Assembly (NCBI GenBank): GCA_027622665.1
Contig: JAQBYT010000006.1
Coordinates: forward strand, 103,858-167,857
Direction of reading: 5' to 3'
Length of the DNA stretch: 64,000 nt
DNA from: Verrucomicrobiota bacterium
GTDB taxonomy: Bacteria; Verrucomicrobiota; Verrucomicrobiia; Opitutales; Seribacteraceae
Part shown: positions 57,490-64,000 of the stretch, one piece after another
Position numbering within the stretch: position 1 is the stretch's first letter
Layout: every line of letters begins with the position of its first letter
Position numbers and translations under genes: made by a program
Notes under the pieces: model-generated
The model's input: the letters and a program-made list of their open reading frames with translations, nothing else
Told to the model about the DNA's origin: nothing
Databases searched by the model: none

Positions 57490-58029
57490 TCAGGCGTGGA
57501 TGCTTGCGGCGATCTCGTTGGCTTTTTCCTCACCGAAGAGAAGGGCGACGAGGCGAAGGCCGAAGGCGACGGCGGTACCGGCTCCACGGGAAGTTATGAT
57601 TTCTTCATCCTCCACGACTGCGAGATCCTCACGCAGCTCTGGGAGCTCCTCGGAGCAGGTGAAGTGTGCAGTGTAGGTCTTGCCGTTTAGGATGCCGGCG
57701 TCGAGAAGGATGAGCGGGGCGGCGCAAATGGCTGCTTGGGGGAGTCCTTTGGCGTGGCGGGATTGCACGAGTTCGAGCACGCGCTCGTCCTTGCGCAGGT
57801 CGAAGGTGCCGGGACCGCCGGGCAGGACAAGGAGGTCGAAGTCGTTGTCGAGGCAGTCGTCGAGGAAGACCTCGGCTTTTATGACGACGGCGCATTTGCC
57901 CGTGACCTCGAGGGAATCCGTACACGAGGCGAGAGTGACTTGAGCGCCTGCGCGGCGGAGCAGGTCGATGGGAGCTACGCCCTCGATTTCCTCGAAGCCG
58001 TCGGTGAGAATGATGAGAACAGTCTTCAC
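57490..58029 (-). CDS. yajL: DJ-1/YajL/ThiJ family protein
   Basis: GFEEIE...DLLRRAG, LPGG, AICAAP, ITSRGAGTA..F. Confidence 0.88.
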   Translation of the reverse strand: MKTVLIILTDGFEEIEGVAPIDLLRRAGAQVTLASCTDSLEVTGKCAVVIKAEVFLDDCLDNDFDLLVLPGGPGTFDLRKDERVLELVQSRHAKGLPQAAICAAPLILLDAGILNGKTYTAHFTCSEELPELREDLAVVEDEEIITSRGAGTAVAFGLRLVALLFGEEKANEIAASIHA

Positions 58030-58032
58030 GGT

Positions 58033-58854
58033 TTATCTTCCTTTTCTCAGCGATTTGCAAAAAGTCCGTATACTTTCCCAATACTCATCGCCCCCGACAG
58101 CCGCCACGTTGTTGTGCTCGGCACCAGAAACTTTGAGGAAAGACTTGGGCTCGGGCAAGGCCTTGAACAGTTTTTCGCCATGTCGAAAGGATACCACTTG
58201 GTCCATATCGCCATGGATGACGAGTGAGGGGCAGGACACTTTACTCGCATTGGAGATGTTGCGAAACTTGTCCCAAGGCAATAGGGGAATCTCCGTCATG
58301 ACGCGGAAGGCGGTCAGGAAGGGAGTTTCCAACACGAGGCCCCCTACTTTTTTGTTAGCGGCGAGTTCGCAGGAAGGCCCGCCTCCAAGGGATCGTCCCA
58401 TGACGACAATATGTTCGGGTTTCACCTCCGCTTGGTCTACGAGATAGGCGTAGGCGGCATCGGCCGCTTGGTGACACCCTGTTTCGGTGGGCTTTCCTGA
58501 GCTTCGCCCGTAACCGGGGTAATCGTAGGCTAATACGGAAAGGCCAAGATCGCGGAGGCTCTCCAAGTATTCTCGGCAATGCCCGATGTCCTCTCCGTTC
58601 CCGTGGCTGAACAGGATCGTGACCGGGGCTTCCGCCTGTTCGTTCTTGAGATGCATGCAGGCAATGCTTTCTCCCGAGGCTGTTTGCAGGTAGAGGTCGG
58701 CCTCCTTTTTCTCATAGGAAGGAGGTGGCTTCGGAAAAATCATTCCATCTGAAAAATAAATGGCGAACAGGCACAAGAGGCCATAACTCGCGACGATCAG
58801 GATGGCGATACGAAGGAACGGAAGGTTGGTGAGGCTGGACAAGTCGGCTAGCAT
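58033..58854 (-). CDS. Membrane-anchored alpha/beta-hydrolase (ABHD17-like)
   Basis: SHGNGEDIG, YDYPGYGRSSGKP, GRSLGG, IHG..D.VV...HG, HN. Confidence 0.88.
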   Translation of the reverse strand: MLADLSSLTNLPFLRIAILIVASYGLLCLFAIYFSDGMIFPKPPPSYEKKEADLYLQTASGESIACMHLKNEQAEAPVTILFSHGNGEDIGHCREYLESLRDLGLSVLAYDYPGYGRSSGKPTETGCHQAADAAYAYLVDQAEVKPEHIVVMGRSLGGGPSCELAANKKVGGLVLETPFLTAFRVMTEIPLLPWDKFRNISNASKVSCPSLVIHGDMDQVVSFRHGEKLFKALPEPKSFLKVSGAEHNNVAAVGGDEYWESIRTFCKSLRKGR

Positions 58855-58927
58855 TTTAGATTGTCTTAATATTCACGATGCGAGAAACTGTCGACACGCA
58901 AGAATGGAATACCTGTTGCCCTAAATA

Positions 58928-60313
58928 ATGATGAAGATTTGTTGTATCGGAGCTGGCTATGTGGGTGGTCCTAGCATGGCCATGATCGCCCGGCAATGTG
59001 AAGACATCACCGTAACGGTGGTGGATATTAACGCCGAACGCATTGCTGCTTGGGAATCGGACGAGTTGCCCGTGTTCGAGCCGGAGCTTCTAGAAACCGT
59101 TCAGGCTGTGCGTGGACGCAACTTGTTTTTCTCCACAGACGTGGAAACGAACATACGGGAAGCCGACATCATCTTTATCAGCGTCAATACCCCGACCAAG
59201 ACTTACGGCGTAGGTTCCGGGCATGCGGCCGATTTGCGTTATGTCGAGATTTGCGCCCGGAGGATCGCTGAGATCGGGGGCGGGGACAAAATCGTGGTGG
59301 AGAAGTCGACTGTTCCCGTGCGCACCGCCCACATGGTTCAGGAGATTCTAGGTGCGGCCCAAAACGGCTTCGATTATCAAGTCGTTTCCAATCCCGAATT
59401 CCTTGCCGAAGGCACCGCTATCCGCGACCTCCAAAACCCCGATCGTGTTTTGATCGGTGGTGAAGCGACACCCGAGGGGAAACAAGCCGTAGCTACCGTA
59501 TCCGGAATTTATGAACGCTGGGTAAGCAAGGATAGGATAATAACGACTAACCTCTGGTCATCCGAATTGTCCAAGTTGACGGCCAATGCTTTCCTTGCCC
59601 AGCGGATATCGAGCATCAATGCAATCTCCGCACTTTGCGAAGCTACGGGGGCCGATGTGGACGAAGTGGCTCGAGCCATTGGCGCCGATTCCCGAATTGG
59701 ACCCAAGTTCCTGAAAAGCTCCGTTGGTTTCGGTGGTTCTTGTTTCCAGAAGGACATTCTCAATCTTTCCTATCTCTGCAACCATTTCGGGCTGCCCGAC
59801 GTGGCCGCCTATTGGGACCAAGTCGTGTCCATGAACGACTTCCAGAAGAGCCGCTTCGTCAATCGTATGCTTGATGCCATGTTCAATACGGTTTCGGGCA
59901 AGCGGATAGCCGTGCTTGGCTATGCCTTCAAGAAGGATACGAACGATTCTCGTGAATCGCCTGCCATCGATATTTGTCGGCGCTTGCTCGAAGAAAAAGC
60001 CTGTCTTCGCATTTATGATCCCAAGGTGCCGGCCTCTGAGATTTTTGAGACTTTGGGTCAACCCCAACCGGATGCCGAGCCTTTCTCCAGTTCCGAGCCC
60101 GTCGTCACTTTTTGCGAAAGTGCTGAGGATGCATGCGAAGGGGCTCACGCCTTAGCCATCCTTACTGAATGGGATGTCTTTTGCGATCTCGACTACGCGG
60201 CTATTTACGATTCCATGGTCAAGCCGGCTTTTGCTTTCGACGGTCGTAACTTGCTAGACTTGAAATCTTTGCGGGCAATCGGATTTCAAGCATTCGGAAT
60301 CGGAAAGGGCTAG
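58928..60313 (+). CDS. ugd: UDP-glucose 6-dehydrogenase
   Basis: [62 protein letters not shown]. Confidence 0.97.
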   Translation: MMKICCIGAGYVGGPSMAMIARQCEDITVTVVDINAERIAAWESDELPVFEPELLETVQAVRGRNLFFSTDVETNIREADIIFISVNTPTKTYGVGSGHAADLRYVEICARRIAEIGGGDKIVVEKSTVPVRTAHMVQEILGAAQNGFDYQVVSNPEFLAEGTAIRDLQNPDRVLIGGEATPEGKQAVATVSGIYERWVSKDRIITTNLWSSELSKLTANAFLAQRISSINAISALCEATGADVDEVARAIGADSRIGPKFLKSSVGFGGSCFQKDILNLSYLCNHFGLPDVAAYWDQVVSMNDFQKSRFVNRMLDAMFNTVSGKRIAVLGYAFKKDTNDSRESPAIDICRRLLEEKACLRIYDPKVPASEIFETLGQPQPDAEPFSSSEPVVTFCESAEDACEGAHALAILTEWDVFCDLDYAAIYDSMVKPAFAFDGRNLLDLKSLRAIGFQAFGIGKG

Positions 60314-60325
60314 CGGGCGAACACT

Positions 60326-62122
60326 TCAGCCTTGTCTGGCTAATGCGTGCCTAAGTAAGTCGGCACTTTCCTGTAGCCCGCCTGGGCGAGCCCGTTCGAG
60401 CCAAGTCTTTCGGTAGCGATCCACGAGGTCGTGCTCGGAGTGAAGAGAATCGGCGGATTCTTTCCCAAGCATGGCCAAACCTCTGCTGAGGGAATGGGAG
60501 GAAAGGTCTAAGCCGAGCAAAAGTTCGCGAGCGGTGCCCCCCAAGTTGCCTTGTTTGCCTGCAAGGTTTTGGAGATGAGGTCGTAGAGAAGACAAAATCT
60601 CTTGAGCCGTTCGGAGCTTTTCCGCAGGGTGATCGGCTTGGAGGCGTGCGGAAAGCTTTTCGGGTTGATCGGCGAATAGGAGTAACCAAGGGAGACTTGC
60701 GTTGACGATTTTCGGGCCGAGGGCGAGGTCCAGTCTCCCGAGCTCGACAAGGGCCTCGGAGGGCGTTTCGGTTTCGTTCGGAAAAAGAAATTGGTCGAGG
60801 GTCCGGGCGAGTTCTCCCTCGGGGTTGGATGTTTCGTTCCAAGCCAATCCTGCTGCATTTATTAGGGCCGGGTAAAAGCTGGACCAAGGCTGGTGGTTTC
60901 CGCAATCCCCCCAAGCTGAGAGGAGTATCCCCGAGGCGTTGTGAGCTAAGCCCGCTTCGGTTGCCGACCTTAGGTTGGCAAGGGCGTTCGTAAGGCGACC
61001 CGTGAAACTTCGCCAAGTGGCTGTGCCTGGAGCCAAGTAATAGGACAGTCCGCAGTCGGCGAGGGTTTTTGCTTGTTTGTCGAAGGGGTGTTCGGCTTCA
61101 TATCCCCAGATTACAGGAGATGCTGATTTCGGAACATGGGAAGCGTTTTCTGATTTCTCCAGTAGGATGTCGGCCCAAAAAAGCATTTCACGATCGTGTT
61201 TCTCGACCAGTTTTCGAATGCCGTCGAGGTGTTCCAAGTAGACGGCGTGTTTGCCTCGTTTTTCGATCTCGGGTTGGCTCCATCCCTGCCCGAGTTCCCA
61301 AGGTTCGTCCATCCCCACGTTGAACCTTCGCGAACTGAAGTTCGGGAGGTATTCGGCGTAGAGGGAGTCGATGAAGGCAAGCGAGTCGGCATTGGGTTTC
61401 AAGGTGCTGCCGTGATCGCGGACGATGAATGGTTCTTCACGCCTAAAGCCTTCCGGGCACTCAGCTAGATGCTTGTATGGCTCGTGGCGCAACCAGCGCT
61501 CGAAGTGGCCGAAAGAGTTGAGGTTCGGGACGAGCTCGATGAAGCGTTCGCGGCAACGTTCGTCCAAGGTGAGAATCTCCTCTGGAGTGAGTGGTGAAGC
61601 GTCTTTCCATACGGTTTCGTGGTCAGCGAAGGCAAAGGTATGCTCCACGTATAGCTGTAGCTCGTTGTACTTCAGGTCCGCCAGCAGGTCGATAAGGGAA
61701 AAGAGAGTCTCCATGGTCGGCATCTTGCACCGGCTTACGTCCAGCATGAGGCCACGATTGGGAAAGGCGGGGTGGTCTCGAATTTCGAGACGGGGTAAGG
61801 TGGTGACGCCTTTGGCCAGGAGAGTCTTTAAGGTGCGGGTGGCTCGGAACGCTCCGGCGGGGGTGGTGGCTTGGAGGAGAATGCCGTCGGCGTCGACCAC
61901 GATGCGGTGCGCCTCCTCTTTGGGAGAAAGCTCTGCGGAAAGCTCGAACCTGACGAATCCGTCACTCTTCTTGGTCAGCAATAGCCCTCTTTCTTCAGCG
62001 AAAAATGATGCGATGCCGGCTAATTCTGAATCGGCGACTGAGTACGATATGGCTGCAGGGACAGCAGTTTTTCCGCCGAGAAAGGCAAGGTGACGAGGAA
62101 CGGGAAAGAGCTTGGGCGTCAT
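60326..62122 (-). CDS. Beta-N-acetylhexosaminidase (GH20)
   Basis: D.P.F..RG.MLDVSR, LVPNLNSFGH, GMDE catalytic pair, WGD.G. Start MTPK at 62122 overlaps the transporter stop (ATGA). Confidence 0.9.
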   Translation of the reverse strand: MTPKLFPVPRHLAFLGGKTAVPAAISYSVADSELAGIASFFAEERGLLLTKKSDGFVRFELSAELSPKEEAHRIVVDADGILLQATTPAGAFRATRTLKTLLAKGVTTLPRLEIRDHPAFPNRGLMLDVSRCKMPTMETLFSLIDLLADLKYNELQLYVEHTFAFADHETVWKDASPLTPEEILTLDERCRERFIELVPNLNSFGHFERWLRHEPYKHLAECPEGFRREEPFIVRDHGSTLKPNADSLAFIDSLYAEYLPNFSSRRFNVGMDEPWELGQGWSQPEIEKRGKHAVYLEHLDGIRKLVEKHDREMLFWADILLEKSENASHVPKSASPVIWGYEAEHPFDKQAKTLADCGLSYYLAPGTATWRSFTGRLTNALANLRSATEAGLAHNASGILLSAWGDCGNHQPWSSFYPALINAAGLAWNETSNPEGELARTLDQFLFPNETETPSEALVELGRLDLALGPKIVNASLPWLLLFADQPEKLSARLQADHPAEKLRTAQEILSSLRPHLQNLAGKQGNLGGTARELLLGLDLSSHSLSRGLAMLGKESADSLHSEHDLVDRYRKTWLERARPGGLQESADLLRHALARQG

Positions 62123-63717
62123 GCGGTGTGTCCGGCGATTTCTTTTTTGGGAAAGAGGAGACCGCAACCCCAAGTGAGAAATACTGTGACCGGCCATGCC
62201 CAGACGGAACTGATCGAGCTCGAAGGCTTGCCACCTTTGACTTCAATGTGGGGGAGGGATGCTATTTGACCTTCCGAACAGATGTCCAGGTTGAGGAGGG
62301 CGGAGTAGAGCTCGGTACGGAGGAAAAGCACGAGCAGAAAGGACAGGACAAAGCCGAGAGCAAGCCCTTTGAGTCTTGCCCTTGGGGTAAAATAGGCAGC
62401 CAGAAAGAAGCCGAGCATCGGACCGACGGTGTAAGAGGTCATTCCGAAGGCGAGTTGCACGACGTTTACATCTCCGCGCAAGTGATGAAGGGCAACGGCG
62501 AAGGCGGACAGGACAATTCCCCATCCCACGACAAGGGCTCGGGAGAGCTTTACGTCATTACGAGCTGTTTCTTCGCTCACCTCGATGTCGGTCTTGCGGA
62601 ATAAAGAAAGCGTGGTTTGAGAGAGGGCGGCGAGGATGGAGTCCAGGCTGGATATTGCTGCCGCGAAGATGCCTGCGAGGATCAGGGCGCGCAAACCTTC
62701 CGGTAGTTCGGTGACTATCCAAACCGGATAATAGGCATCCTTTCTTTCGGTTGGCGCGAGTTTTTCGATTTCCGCAGTGAAGCGCGGAAGGGTGTCGGGA
62801 GGGTTTTCCTGATGAAAATAAGCGTAGAGGGCGGCGCCGACCATAAGCATTAGCACGGTGATGAGCAGGGCGGCGGAACTCGTTATCATGGCCTTGCGCG
62901 CGTCGCTTGCCGAACGGCAGCAGAACATGCGCTGCGCGTTCAATTGGTCCACGCCGAACATACTGATGTTTTGAAAGGGTACTGCGATGATTGCCGCCCA
63001 GAGCGTAAAACCGACGGCTGGGTCGGTGGTTAGGTTTAGCAGGGTGAACTTGCCCGCATCGTCCGCAACTGAAATCATTTCCGACAATCCTCCCTCTATG
63101 CCGTTGAGCAACCAGAAGAAAGAAAACAGTCCCGCACCCACGAATAGGAAGAACTGCATGACATCTGTCCAGATGACCGTACGCATACCTCCCATCAATG
63201 TCCATCCGATGGCAAAAAGCCCGATGATGCAGATACAGTGTTGGAATTCCAGTGGCGTGACCACCCGCAAGGCCAGCGCCGCCACCAGCACCCGCACGCT
63301 TTGCCCGAGAATGCCGCCCACCTGAAACACGATGGTAGCGAGACGCTTTACGCCTTCGCCGAGCCGATAGCCCATGTAGTCGTAGGGACTGTAGATATCC
63401 CTCTCGTAAAAGGCGCGCACGAAATAGATTCCCACAATGATTCGGGCGACGATAGACCCCAGTCCCCATTGGAGGTAGGTGAAGTCCCCCGTAGCCGCAT
63501 AGACCATTCCGGGTACGCCGATAAAAGTGACGCCGCTTATCTCGGTCGCTATTATGGATCCGCTAACCGCCGGCCAAGGAAGGGTGCGTCCGCCAAGGAA
63601 GAAATCCTTTACGCTAGATTGTTTTCCCCGCAACAAGTGGCCAACGAACGTCGTAAGCAAGAGATATCCAGCCACCACCGACCAATCCAAATTCGTAAAG
63701 CTTTCGCGTAAATCCAT
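62119..63717 (-). CDS. Sodium:solute symporter (SSS family)
   Basis: FFLGGR.LPW, SIIATE.S..TF.G.P, GGMRTVIWTDV.Q, DQ...QR, AAAISSLDS. Confidence 0.93.
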   Translation of the reverse strand: MDLRESFTNLDWSVVAGYLLLTTFVGHLLRGKQSSVKDFFLGGRTLPWPAVSGSIIATEISGVTFIGVPGMVYAATGDFTYLQWGLGSIVARIIVGIYFVRAFYERDIYSPYDYMGYRLGEGVKRLATIVFQVGGILGQSVRVLVAALALRVVTPLEFQHCICIIGLFAIGWTLMGGMRTVIWTDVMQFFLFVGAGLFSFFWLLNGIEGGLSEMISVADDAGKFTLLNLTTDPAVGFTLWAAIIAVPFQNISMFGVDQLNAQRMFCCRSASDARKAMITSSAALLITVLMLMVGAALYAYFHQENPPDTLPRFTAEIEKLAPTERKDAYYPVWIVTELPEGLRALILAGIFAAAISSLDSILAALSQTTLSLFRKTDIEVSEETARNDVKLSRALVVGWGIVLSAFAVALHHLRGDVNVVQLAFGMTSYTVGPMLGFFLAAYFTPRARLKGLALGFVLSFLLVLFLRTELYSALLNLDICSEGQIASLPHIEVKGGKPSSSISSVWAWPVTVFLTWGCGLLFPKKEIAGHTA

Positions 63718-63847
63718 CCAGAGACCTATTCATATGCCTCGGAAACGAATTTGAGCAAACTTTCTTTCTCCTGGACTTCGTTTTTGCAGCCATTGGGAGG
63801 GAAATTATGGATTGCTCAGAGTCGTTCGTTCATTTACTAGTTTGATT

Positions 63848-64000
63848 ATGGCAAAGAATGCGTTGGACGGTGTTAACGACTTCTACGACGTCGTCGTCGT
63901 TGGTAGTGGACTGGGAGGGCTTACGGGCGCAAATTGTCTGGCTAAGCAAGGTCACTCGGTTTTGCTTCTGGAACACCACTACCAATTCGGAGGCTTGGCC
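63848..64000 (+). CDS. FAD-dependent oxidoreductase (phytoene-desaturase-like), 5' fragment
   Basis: Not in the ORF track. Manual translation: [51 protein letters not shown]. Confidence 0.8.
   Translation, partial: MAKNALDGVNDFYDVVVVGSGLGGLTGANCLAKQGHSVLLLEHHYQFGGLA

Overview
A 64-kb bacterial chromosomal window. The gene content suggests a marine PVC-superphylum organism, probably Verrucomicrobiota (inference from the sulfatases, DUF1080, FGE-like and YwqK-like lipoproteins and BNR sialidases). Bases 1-17.3 kb hold a co-oriented, visibly more AT-rich cluster of at least 18 nucleotide-sugar genes: GmhA-like isomerase, two SDR dehydratase/epimerases, a nucleotidyltransferase-PfkB fusion, a split transketolase, four methyltransferases, a HAD-kinase fusion, a DegT aminotransferase and rfbF-rfbG-rfbC. 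It probably makes unusual branched or higher-carbon surface sugars. The rest is a mosaic of housekeeping genes (sigma-54 activator, DAHP synthase, rhlE, trhO, tdh-kbl, DJ-1, ugd) and glycan-scavenging genes (sulfatases, a two-domain sialidase with nanA, a secreted hydrolase operon, an SSS transporter with GH20). Most notable: (1) an operon whose three upstream genes are eroded, two by large in-frame internal deletions, while sialidase and nanA stay intact; (2) a Cys-less LMW-PTP pseudophosphatase behind a near-consensus sigma-54 promoter; (3) a secreted HExxH peptidase with an S4-like insert fused to DUF1080; (4) a J-less DnaJ zinc-finger lipoprotein beside a TraB/TIKI-type protein; (5) a BspA-type LRR protein with a 600-bp internal duplication. 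I found no rRNA, tRNA, CRISPR array, integrase or transposase. All family calls come from motif recognition by eye, not database searches.
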